Shown here one piece after another: positions 47,745-55,870 of a stretch of DNA of 64,000 nt. A model generated the notes under the pieces. It did not search any database. It saw only the letters and a list, made by a program, of their open reading frames with translations, and was not told where the DNA came from. This stretch comes from Brevundimonas sp. (GTDB taxonomy: Bacteria > Pseudomonadota > Alphaproteobacteria > Caulobacterales > Caulobacteraceae): contig NZ_DASWWG010000017.1 in NCBI RefSeq assembly GCF_036400995.1, positions 5,799 to 69,798 of the forward strand, in the 5' to 3' direction. A program made the translations under genes and the position numbers. Numbering within the stretch: the stretch's first letter is position 1; each line of letters begins with the position of its first letter.

Positions 47745-48581
47745 ATGGCGGACGGAGCTTATCGCTGGCAGGGCAATGCGCCCGCGCCTGACTCTTCTCA
47801 GGTTGATGCGATCCACGATGCCTACCAGAGCGATCAGGCGCACGCCTTCGCCGAGCCCGCCCGCGCCGCCGCCGTCGAGAAGATCGAACGCGCCCTCGCC
47901 GCCGCCCGAACCGGCGACCTCACCGAGGCTCACGCCCAGTTGACCCACGCCCGCTCCGTGCTGGAGGGCCTGCGCCCCGAGGCGCTCGAGCCGCGCCGGG
48001 GCCTGGCGGGACTGTTCGACAGCCGGGGCCGCCGCCTCAAGGCCTTCCGCGCCGCCTACGCCCGCGCCGCCGCCTCAATCGATGAGGTCACCCGCGATCT
48101 GGGCGGCTGGATCGAGGGGGTCGGCCGCCGCTCGGGCGCGCTCGACGCGGTCTGGGCCGAGGCCCGCGACGCCGTCGTCGATCTGGACGCCCACCTCGCC
48201 GCCGCCGCCCGTCGCCTGACCGGCCATGAGGGCGAGGAGCCGCATCCGCTGGAGGCGCGCAAGGCCGCGCTGGACGCCTGCCGCAACGCCGCCGTCGCCG
48301 CCCTGCCCCTGATCCGCAACGCCCAGAACGCCGACGGCCGCTTCGCCGACCTGCTCAAGCCCTGCGCCGAGGGCGCCGCCGCCTGGCGCGACGACTGGAA
48401 GGACGCGCTCGGCCTGTCCGGCCGCCGCCCGAAGAAGGTGCGCCCCGATCAGGACCGGCTGCTGCGCCTGCGCGACGACCTGATGGCGCGCATCGACCGC
48501 GCGCTGAAGGGGATCGCCGCCGCCCGCGACCGCCGCGCCGATGTCGAGACCCGGCTGGCCGGGGTCCGCAACGGCCTCTAG
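47745..48581 (+). CDS. Hypothetical coiled-coil protein with a distant TelA-like pattern
   Basis: ATG at 47745 preceded by GGAG. LEPRRGLAGLFDSRGRRLKAFRAAYARAAASIDEVTRDL resembles the TelA-family core only loosely. Ala/Arg-rich. Confidence 0.45.
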   Translation: MADGAYRWQGNAPAPDSSQVDAIHDAYQSDQAHAFAEPARAAAVEKIERALAAARTGDLTEAHAQLTHARSVLEGLRPEALEPRRGLAGLFDSRGRRLKAFRAAYARAAASIDEVTRDLGGWIEGVGRRSGALDAVWAEARDAVVDLDAHLAAAARRLTGHEGEEPHPLEARKAALDACRNAAVAALPLIRNAQNADGRFADLLKPCAEGAAAWRDDWKDALGLSGRRPKKVRPDQDRLLRLRDDLMARIDRALKGIAAARDRRADVETRLAGVRNGL

Positions 48582-49213
48582 CGCGCGCCCGACGCGGGAA
48601 TGTCCCGGGCGTTCTGGTCGGTCCACGCGACGATCTGGCTGTTCAGCTCGCGCGTCGCCGCGTCGAAGGCGCTGACGATGGCCCCCACGCGGTTCTCGCC
48701 GGCGGGCTGTTCAACGGTGAACACCCGCTCCGCCATTACCGACCGCTCCTGGGCGTTCAGCAGGCGGACCCGGGCGATGATGGTCACCACCGGCGCCGCG
48801 CCCGGGGAGGCGTAGCGCGCCTCGAAGGTCCGCACATCGATGTCCAGCGCCTGGGACGCCCGCGTCAGCTCGCGCGGCCCGACCAGACGCACCCGCGTCG
48901 CCTGGGCCGCGAAGGCGCTCTCCAGCGAGTCGCTGAACAGCACGTCCGCCGAGCTGACCCAGCGCGCACCCTTGATGTAGGCCGCCTCCGTGCCGGTCAC
49001 GCCGAGGATGCGGTCCTCGCGCACAGCCTGGGCGAACTCGGGCCGCCGCATGGCCACCTGCACGGTCGAGGCCGGGCTCTCCCGCTCGCTGACGCCCGAC
49101 GGCAGGTTGCCGAAGCGGTACAGCTGCACCGGGTCCGGCGTCGACAGCAGGGAGCAACCGCCCAGCACGGCGACAGCGGCGACGGCGGCGACGCCCTTCA
49201 GAAGACGGATCAC
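48578..49213 (-). CDS. ABC-transport auxiliary lipoprotein (PqiC / DUF330-like)
   Basis: Lipobox AVLGGCSLL, then PDPVQLYRF. The GTG start overlaps the MCE gene stop (GTGA). Confidence 0.75.
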   Translation of the reverse strand: MIRLLKGVAAVAAVAVLGGCSLLSTPDPVQLYRFGNLPSGVSERESPASTVQVAMRRPEFAQAVREDRILGVTGTEAAYIKGARWVSSADVLFSDSLESAFAAQATRVRLVGPRELTRASQALDIDVRTFEARYASPGAAPVVTIIARVRLLNAQERSVMAERVFTVEQPAGENRVGAIVSAFDAATRELNSQIVAWTDQNARDIPASGAR

Positions 49214-50148
49214 GGCTGAACCTCCATTTCCCGGGACTGCGGACGTGAGATGAACTCGCGCGGGCTGGCGCGGATGTCGTCGATCAGGGACTGCAGCGAC
49301 CGGGTCGCCTCGTCCAGTTGCTGGATCGACTGCTGCAGTTGCGGCAGGCCGGTCGAGGCGAAGTCGCCCAGCGGCCGCTCGAGGTTGGTCGCCGACCGGT
49401 TGATCGAGGCCACGGCCTCGCGGGCCTCCTCGGCGGCGGCGTTGACGTTGGCCACCGCACGGGCGCCGTCGCCTTCCACCACCCGGCGGGTGCTGATGGC
49501 CAGCTGCTCATACTCGCCGACAGCCGCGTTGGCCCGCGTCAGGGCCTGCTCCAGCTGCTCCAGCATCCCCTTGCGGGCTTCCAGCTCGGTCGTCAGGGAC
49601 TCGATGTTCTTCAGGCTGGTCGAGAAGCTGCGCACGTTGTCGTCCGACAGCACCCGGTTGATCCGGTTCAGGGCGTCCACCGTCTGGGCCAGCACCGTAC
49701 CCGAGCCGCTCAGCAGTTCCGCGATCGGCGAAGGCTGGCTCTGGATCACCGGCACGACGTTGTCCGGATACTGCTCCTTCAGGATGGCGCTGTTCGGATT
49801 GCCCGCGGTGATCTGGATGTAGTTCAGCCCGGTGATGCCCTGCGGCTCCAGCTGGGCGCGGCTGGTCACGCGCACCGGCGTGGTGGCGTCCACCCGGATG
49901 CGGGCAATGACCTGGTCGCCCTTCTGCGGGTCCAGGTTCAGGTCCGTGACCTCGCCGACGCGGATGCCGTTGAAGTGCACCTCCCCGCCTTCTGACAGCC
50001 CACGCACCGGTCCGTAGAAGACGATGTCGTAGACGTCGTAGTCGTTGTTGAACTGCAGGCGGGCCAGCCAGATCGTGAACACGGCCAGCGCCGCCAGAAG
50101 GGCGACGGTGGCGATGCCGACGGCGGCGTAGTGGGCGTCTCTTTCCAT
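49210..50148 (-). CDS. MCE / MlaD-family substrate-binding protein
   Basis: True start is ATG at 50148 (MERDAHYAAVGIATVALLAALAVFTIWLA). MCE core FYGPVRGLSEGGEVHFNGIRVGEVTDL. Long helical C-terminus. Confidence 0.8.
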   Translation of the reverse strand: MERDAHYAAVGIATVALLAALAVFTIWLARLQFNNDYDVYDIVFYGPVRGLSEGGEVHFNGIRVGEVTDLNLDPQKGDQVIARIRVDATTPVRVTSRAQLEPQGITGLNYIQITAGNPNSAILKEQYPDNVVPVIQSQPSPIAELLSGSGTVLAQTVDALNRINRVLSDDNVRSFSTSLKNIESLTTELEARKGMLEQLEQALTRANAAVGEYEQLAISTRRVVEGDGARAVANVNAAAEEAREAVASINRSATNLERPLGDFASTGLPQLQQSIQQLDEATRSLQSLIDDIRASPREFISRPQSREMEVQP

Positions 50149-50161
50149 TCTCCGGCTCTCC

Positions 50162-50959
50162 TCAAGCCGCCTTGGCGCCGGCGCGACCGCGCGGCCCGAG
50201 GAAGTATTCCCGGATCCACGGGTGATCCGAATGTTCGAGTTCACGCACGGGGGCCTTGGCCACCACATGCTTGTCGGCCAGCACCGCGACCTTGTCGGTA
50301 ATGGCGTAAAGGCTGTCGAGGTCGTGGGTGATCATGAAGACCGTCAGGCCGAGGTCATCGGACAGCTGGCGGATCAGGTCGTCGAAGGCCGCCGCGCCGA
50401 TGGGGTCCAGCCCCGCCGTCGGCTCATCCAGGAACAGCAGCTCCGGGTCCAGCGCCAGCGCCCGGGCCAGCCCGACCCGCTTGCGCATGCCGCCCGACAG
50501 CTCGGCGGGCTTCAGGTGGTGCGACTCCGGCTTCAGCCCGACCATGGCGATCTTCATCTCGGCCAACTCGCGGATGACCTCGCGCGACAGCTTCGTGTGC
50601 TCAACCAGCGGCGAGGCGACGTTGTCGATCACGCTCAGGGACGAGAACAGGGCCCCCTGCTGGAACAGGATGCCGGTTCGGCGCTCAACGTCGGCCTCCT
50701 GGGCCTTGGTCATTTCCGTGCGGTCGTGACCGAGGATGCGGACGCTCCCGCCTTCCGGTTCCTTCAGGCCGATGATGGTGTTCAGCAGCACCGTCTTGCC
50801 GGTGCCCGAGCCGCCGACAACGCCCAGCACCTCCCCGCGCTCGACGTCGAGGTTCAGGTCCTGGTGGATCACCCGTTCGCCAAACTGGCTCAGCAGGCCG
50901 CGCACCTCGATCAGGTTCTCGGGCGCCTTCGGGAAGGAGGGGATGTGCGGAGCCGTCAC
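50162..50959 (-). CDS. ABC transporter ATP-binding protein (MlaF-like)
   Basis: GTG at 50959 overlaps the permease stop (GTGA). Walker A GGSGTGKT, signature LSGGMRKR, Walker B LLFLDEPTAGLD. The rest of the 568-aa track ORF is a shadow of the permease gene. Confidence 0.85.
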   Translation of the reverse strand: MTAPHIPSFPKAPENLIEVRGLLSQFGERVIHQDLNLDVERGEVLGVVGGSGTGKTVLLNTIIGLKEPEGGSVRILGHDRTEMTKAQEADVERRTGILFQQGALFSSLSVIDNVASPLVEHTKLSREVIRELAEMKIAMVGLKPESHHLKPAELSGGMRKRVGLARALALDPELLFLDEPTAGLDPIGAAAFDDLIRQLSDDLGLTVFMITHDLDSLYAITDKVAVLADKHVVAKAPVRELEHSDHPWIREYFLGPRGRAGAKAA

Positions 50960-52071
50960 AGGTTCAGCTCCAGGAAGATCAGGGCGAAGATCGCGTCCAG
51001 GGTGATGATGGCGAAGATGGCCTGAACCACGGCCGCCGTCACCCGGCGACCCAGGCTTTCGACATCGCCCGCCACGGCCATGCCCTGCCGGCAGCCGATC
51101 GCCGCGATCACGATGGCGAATACCGGGGCCTTGATCATCCCGACCATCAGGTGGGTGCCCATCATCGGGTCCTCGCTGATCCGCTGGATGAAGAAGCTGG
51201 GCCCGTAGCTGAGCTGGCTCCACGTCACCAGCAGGCCGCCGAACAGCCCCGAGACGATGCCGATGAAGGTCAGGATCGGCATCATGGCCAGCATGGCCGC
51301 CAGCCGCGGGATCACCAGCGCCTGGAAGGGGTTCACCCCCATCACCTGCATGGCGTCGACTTCCTGGTTCATCCGCATCGAGCCGATCTCGGCGGCGAAG
51401 GACGAGGCCGAGCGGCCCGCCAGCAGGATGGCCGTGATCAGCACCGCCAGTTCGCGCAGCGTCGCCACCGCGACCAGCTGCACCGTGAACACCCCGGCTC
51501 CGAACTGGGTGAGCAGATTGGCGCCCAGGAAGGCGATCACCGCGCCGATGAAGAAGTTGGTCACCGCCACGATCGGGATCGCGTCCAGCCCGGCGCGCTC
51601 GCCCTGGCTGAACCAGGCCGGCCAGCGGATCTGCTCCCAGTGCTTGACGGTCGAACCGGTCGCCGTGACCAGCCGTCCGAGGAAGGCCATCGACAGCGTG
51701 GCCTCGGCCACGATGTCGTGCACGCCCCGCCCGACCTTGGCGAAGCCGCGCACCCAGTTGGCCGAACGCTTGGGCGGACCGGCGCTCTCGCGCTCCAGCT
51801 TCTCGACCATGGCGTAGGTGCGTCCGGCCTCCGGGCGCTGCGTCCACGCCTTGTCCGGAAGCGTGCAATGACCGGCCTGGACGATGGCGAGGGCGCCCGC
51901 GGTGTCGAACCGGCCGAGTTCCGAAAGGTCCACCGCCGCGATGTCGCGCCCGTGCAGCTGTTCATCCAGCCGCCGCGACACCCGGCCGAGCTCGGTCGCG
52001 GTCCAGTCGCCCGTCAGGCGCAGGGTCAGACCCTCGCCTCGTTCGTCGATCTGGAAGTCCGCTGCGGCCAT
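50956..52071 (-). CDS. ABC transporter permease (MlaE-like) with an N-terminal STAS-like extension
   Basis: 371 aa. N-terminal LTLRLTGDWTATELGRVSRRL ... VDLSELGRFDTAGALAIV, followed by the MlaE-type membrane domain (AMQVMGVNPFQALVIPR). Confidence 0.85.
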   Translation of the reverse strand: MAAADFQIDERGEGLTLRLTGDWTATELGRVSRRLDEQLHGRDIAAVDLSELGRFDTAGALAIVQAGHCTLPDKAWTQRPEAGRTYAMVEKLERESAGPPKRSANWVRGFAKVGRGVHDIVAEATLSMAFLGRLVTATGSTVKHWEQIRWPAWFSQGERAGLDAIPIVAVTNFFIGAVIAFLGANLLTQFGAGVFTVQLVAVATLRELAVLITAILLAGRSASSFAAEIGSMRMNQEVDAMQVMGVNPFQALVIPRLAAMLAMMPILTFIGIVSGLFGGLLVTWSQLSYGPSFFIQRISEDPMMGTHLMVGMIKAPVFAIVIAAIGCRQGMAVAGDVESLGRRVTAAVVQAIFAIITLDAIFALIFLELNL

Positions 52072-52189
52072 GCCCCTACCTAAAACGCCCCGTCCCGGTT
52101 GCCTATGGCCGCTCTACGGCAAAGCTCAGGCCCATATCACAACGCAGCGGCGCCGTATTCGTTCAGCCACGGTTTCAGACGTTTACGCG

Positions 52190-53638
52190 TCAGAGCAGCC
52201 GTTGGACCGCTTTCAGGTCGGCGATGAAGCGCTCCCGCTCCTGCGCGGCCACCGCCTTGTCGGGAATGCGCAGCAGCCAGGCGGGGTGCACGGTGATCAG
52301 GGCGGTGGCGTCCGACAGGGGGACGACCTGCCCCCGCATCCGCGTCACCTCGGGCTTGCGGCCCAGAACGCCCTGCGCCGCCGTCCCGCCCAGCGTCAGG
52401 ATCACCTTCGGCTTCACCAGCGCCCGCTCGGCGTCCAGCCACCAGCGGCAAGCGGTGATCTCGCTGGTCGTGGGGGTCTGGTGGATCCGCTTCTTGCCGC
52501 GCGGCGTGTGCTTGAAGTGGCGCACGGCATTGGTGACGAAGGCGTCGTCCCGGTCGATGCCCGCCTCGGCCAGCGCCGCGTCCAGCACCTGCCCGGCGGG
52601 GCCAACGAACGGCTTGCCCGCCAGATCCTCCTGATCGCCCGGCTGCTCGCCGACAATCATCAGCCGCGCCGCCCGCGCCCCCTGCCCGCACACGCCCTGC
52701 GTCGCGTCGCGCCACAGCGGGCAGCGGCGGCAGGCCTGAACCGCCTGCCCCAGCTCCTCGAGGCTGGACGGCACGAAGCCTTCCTCGAACGCGTGATCGC
52801 GGTTGATCCGCGACAGGGTCTTGGCCAGCCGCGGATTGGGCTCGGGCGCCGGCGCGGCCACCATGGTCTCGGTCCGGTTCGTCGCCGAGGCGATCAGCTC
52901 CGGGATCAGCGCCGCCTCGGGCAGATTGGCCCAGTACCGCTTGGGCATCTCACCCTGCATGGTTTTCGTCTTCAGGCGGGCCGGATTGAAGGTCGAGGCG
53001 TAGTAGGTCTTCCAGAAGTCCTCGATCTCGTCCTCGGCGGGCGCCATGTCGCGCGTCGCCGGGGGACCGAAGGTCAGCAGCCGGTTGTCCCAATGGGCCT
53101 GCCCATCCGGCGTGAGGATCGACCAGCGCATGGCGGCGAACCGGCGGGCGAAGAAGGGCGCCGTCCGCTCCAGCACGCGGTGCGCCGGTTCGAACCAGCT
53201 GACCCAGTGCTCCTGCCCGTCTTCCTCGGCCAGACGGAAGCGGACAAAGGCCTTCATCTTGTGGCTGGCCCGGCTGACGTTCTTCGCCCGTTCGAAGGCG
53301 TCGGCGACGTCCCGGTCGCTGACCACCTTCAGCAGGTCCGGCTCTCGCTCCAGCCGCCACAGCAGGCGATACAGGAGGTCGAACCGATCTTCGGACCGGT
53401 GCAGGATTACCGCCTGCGCCAGCTCCACGAAGGCCCTGGGCACCACAAATTCCAACTCTTTCCGGTCTTCACCGGGCCGGCCCTCTTCAGGATGTGCGGA
53501 ACCAAAGAGATCAGCCTGCGCCCTTTCGCCCACCCGGAAAGCCGCCTCCCCCGGTCGCACCCCGGCCGCGCGAAAGCGCCGCGCCGCCTTCCGCCAGCCG
53601 TCGAAGTCCGTCTCGCTCGCCAGCGCCGCGACCCGCAT
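52190..53638 (-). CDS. Fusion of a DUF4130-type 'probable DNA metabolism protein' with a family-4 uracil-DNA-glycosylase-like domain
   Basis: True start is ATG at 53638 (MRVAALASETDFDGWRKAARRF), overlapping the radical-SAM stop (TGATG). N-terminal half carries SHKMKAFVRFRL. C-terminal half carries CRRCPLW, the GEQPGDQEDLAGKPFVGPAGQVLD motif, and HPAWLLR. Confidence 0.8.
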   Translation of the reverse strand: MRVAALASETDFDGWRKAARRFRAAGVRPGEAAFRVGERAQADLFGSAHPEEGRPGEDRKELEFVVPRAFVELAQAVILHRSEDRFDLLYRLLWRLEREPDLLKVVSDRDVADAFERAKNVSRASHKMKAFVRFRLAEEDGQEHWVSWFEPAHRVLERTAPFFARRFAAMRWSILTPDGQAHWDNRLLTFGPPATRDMAPAEDEIEDFWKTYYASTFNPARLKTKTMQGEMPKRYWANLPEAALIPELIASATNRTETMVAAPAPEPNPRLAKTLSRINRDHAFEEGFVPSSLEELGQAVQACRRCPLWRDATQGVCGQGARAARLMIVGEQPGDQEDLAGKPFVGPAGQVLDAALAEAGIDRDDAFVTNAVRHFKHTPRGKKRIHQTPTTSEITACRWWLDAERALVKPKVILTLGGTAAQGVLGRKPEVTRMRGQVVPLSDATALITVHPAWLLRIPDKAVAAQERERFIADLKAVQRLL

Positions 53639-54879
53639 CAGAACAGGCTCATCTGCCTCGGCGCCGGGTCGGGCGCGATCCGGGCGCGCAGGTCGACGGC
53701 GTCGGTCAGCCCGCCCGGCGTCCAGTCCAGCGTCGTGATGAAGGGCCGCACCTTGTCGATGCCCCGGCACAGGCGCGCGACGTCCTCCAGCCGCAGGGTC
53801 CGGTAGCGGCGGACCGAAATCATCCGATCCACCGACTTCACGCCCAGACCCGGCACCCGCAGCAGCATCTCGCGCGGCGCGACGTTCACATCGACCGGGA
53901 ACTGCTCCCGCCGGTTCAGCGCCCAGGCCAGTTTCGGATCGATGGCCAGGTCCAGCATTCCGCCCACGGTCGCCTCGCCGATCTCGGGCGGACTGAAGCC
54001 GTAGAACCGCATCAGCCAGTCAGCCTGATACAGCCGATGCTCCCGCATCAGCGGCGGCTTCTGCAGCGGCAGGGTGGATGAGGCGTCGGGGATCGGACTG
54101 AACGCCGAATAATAGACCCGCCGCAGGCCGTAGCCGCCGTACAGCGACGCCGACCGGTCGATGATCTCGGTGTCCGGCGCCCCGTCAGCGCCCACGATCA
54201 ACTGGGTCGATTGGCCCGCGGGCGCGAACTTCGGCGGCTTGAGGCGATCGCGCTTCTCCGGCTTCGCCGCCTCGACGCCCAGCCGGACCTGCCCCATGGC
54301 CTTCTTGATCACGCCCACGTCCTTCTGGGGCGCCAGCCGTTGCAGGGCCTCGTCGCGCGGCAGTTCGATATTGGCCGACAGCCGGTCGGCGTAGAGCCCG
54401 GCCTCCTCCACCAGCTTCGGGTCCGCCTCGGGGATCAGCTTCAGGTGAATGTAGCCGCGGAAGCCGTGCACCTCGCGCAGCGTCTTCGCCACCAGGACCA
54501 GTTGCTCCATCGTGTAGTCGCCGGACCGGATGATGCCGGACGACAGGAAAAGGCCCTCGATATAGTTCCGGCGATAGAAGTTCAGCGTCAGGTCCACGAC
54601 CTCCTGCACGCTGAACCGCGCCCGCTCCACGTTCGAGCTCGCCCGGTTGATGCAGTAGGCGCAGTCATAGATGCAGAAATTGGTCAGCAGGATCTTGAGC
54701 AGGGACACGCACCGCCCGTCCGGCGTGTAGGCGTGGCAGATGCCCATGCCCTCGGTCGAACCGATCCCCTTGCCGTCCGAGGAGTCGCGCTTCGACGTGC
54801 CGGACGAGGCGCAACTGGCGTCGTATTTGGCGGCGTCGGCGAGGACGGACAGCTTTCGGCGGAGATCGATCTGGGCCAT
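53638..54879 (-). CDS. Putative DNA modification/repair radical SAM protein
   Basis: 413 aa. CxxxCxxC as NFCIYDCAYCINR. N-terminal LADAAKYDASCASSG. C-terminal helix-hairpin-helix-like LLRVPGLGVKSVDRMI. Confidence 0.85.
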   Translation of the reverse strand: MAQIDLRRKLSVLADAAKYDASCASSGTSKRDSSDGKGIGSTEGMGICHAYTPDGRCVSLLKILLTNFCIYDCAYCINRASSNVERARFSVQEVVDLTLNFYRRNYIEGLFLSSGIIRSGDYTMEQLVLVAKTLREVHGFRGYIHLKLIPEADPKLVEEAGLYADRLSANIELPRDEALQRLAPQKDVGVIKKAMGQVRLGVEAAKPEKRDRLKPPKFAPAGQSTQLIVGADGAPDTEIIDRSASLYGGYGLRRVYYSAFSPIPDASSTLPLQKPPLMREHRLYQADWLMRFYGFSPPEIGEATVGGMLDLAIDPKLAWALNRREQFPVDVNVAPREMLLRVPGLGVKSVDRMISVRRYRTLRLEDVARLCRGIDKVRPFITTLDWTPGGLTDAVDLRARIAPDPAPRQMSLF

Positions 54880-54881
54880 TT

Positions 54882-54896
54882 GTTCTCACTATGTTC
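54882..54896. promoter_or_regulatory. Alphaproteobacterial SOS (LexA) box GTTC-N7-GTTC
   Basis: GTTCTCACTATGTTC has both tetranucleotides perfect with the exact 7-nt spacer. It lies 3-17 nt upstream of the radical-SAM start codon (54879). Confidence 0.55.
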
Positions 54897-54905
54897 CACA
54901 GCGAG

Positions 54906-54928
54906 AACGGCTGTCCAGCGGAGCCGTT
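54906..54928 (-). terminator. Hairpin downstream of flgL
   Basis: AACGGCT-GTCCAGCGG-AGCCGTT, a 7-bp stem between the flgL stop (54944) and the radical-SAM start. No T tract. Confidence 0.35.
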
Positions 54929-54943
54929 TCGGAAATTTCGCCT

Positions 54944-55870
54944 TCAGCTCAGGAAGTTGAGAAGCGAGACCTGTCTCAGTTGGTTGATCACCTGGGCCGA
55001 GGCCTCGATCGCCACCTGCGACAGCTGCAGATCGGTGACCGCCTTGGCCATGTCGGCGTCGGTGCGCTTTGCGACCAGCTCCGACAGCGAGTCGAGCTGG
55101 GCGGTGTGCCCCTTGGCGACGCTCTCCACCTGATTGGCCAGCGAGCCGGTGGTGGCGGTCTTGTCGATCACCCCCTGCCCCGCCGTCTCCAGCAGGCTCA
55201 GCTGGGTGCCGAGCCAGGCCTTCTGCGTCTCGGTCAGCTTTCCGTTCAGCGGGCCGTTGGGGCCGGTGTGGTAGTTCTGGATGTCCCGCAGGATGGTCAT
55301 GACATCCGTACCGACCTCATTGGCGAGGAAGCCGGTCTCCAGCGTCGTGCCCTCGGCGACGCGGCTGGCGGTCTTCAGGGTGTCATTGTTGAAGATCGAG
55401 GCGACGCTGGGCGCGGCGGCCAGTTCCGTCAGATTGGAGACATCGACCGGAGCCGTGTTCACCTGGGCGCCCGCGAACAGGTAGCCGCCCTGATGGCGCA
55501 TGTTCAATCCGCCGCGGACGGCCTGGAACTGACCCTCAAGCTCCAGCATCAGCGACGTGGCGGAATCCGAGGCCAGGGCGTTGCCGATGCTCGCGCGCAC
55601 CGCATCGACGCCGTCGCTGATCTGGGTCAGCGCCAGATCCTGGGTGGTCAGCCGGGCGGTGACCGCGTCGGAGGTGTCGAGGAAGCCCTGCAGGCGGCTC
55701 TGGGCTCCGGTCAGCGCCGTCAGGGTCTCGGACTGCCGCCCGAAGCCGGTCAGGTCGGTGGCGTTCTTCTGGGTCGAGACCCGTTCCTGCGCCTCAAGCC
55801 CCCGGCTCTGGGCCGCCATCAGCGACAGCAGGGCCGACTGGTAGTTTCCAAAGGTCGCGACGCGATTCAT
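54944..55870 (-). CDS. flgL: Flagellar hook-associated protein 3
   Basis: MNRVATFGNYQSALLSLMAAQSRGLEAQERVSTQKNATDLTGFG (flagellin-like N-terminus). C-terminal AIEASAQVINQLRQVSLLNFL. The start overlaps the flgK stop (TGATG). Confidence 0.85.
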   Translation of the reverse strand: MNRVATFGNYQSALLSLMAAQSRGLEAQERVSTQKNATDLTGFGRQSETLTALTGAQSRLQGFLDTSDAVTARLTTQDLALTQISDGVDAVRASIGNALASDSATSLMLELEGQFQAVRGGLNMRHQGGYLFAGAQVNTAPVDVSNLTELAAAPSVASIFNNDTLKTASRVAEGTTLETGFLANEVGTDVMTILRDIQNYHTGPNGPLNGKLTETQKAWLGTQLSLLETAGQGVIDKTATTGSLANQVESVAKGHTAQLDSLSELVAKRTDADMAKAVTDLQLSQVAIEASAQVINQLRQVSLLNFLS

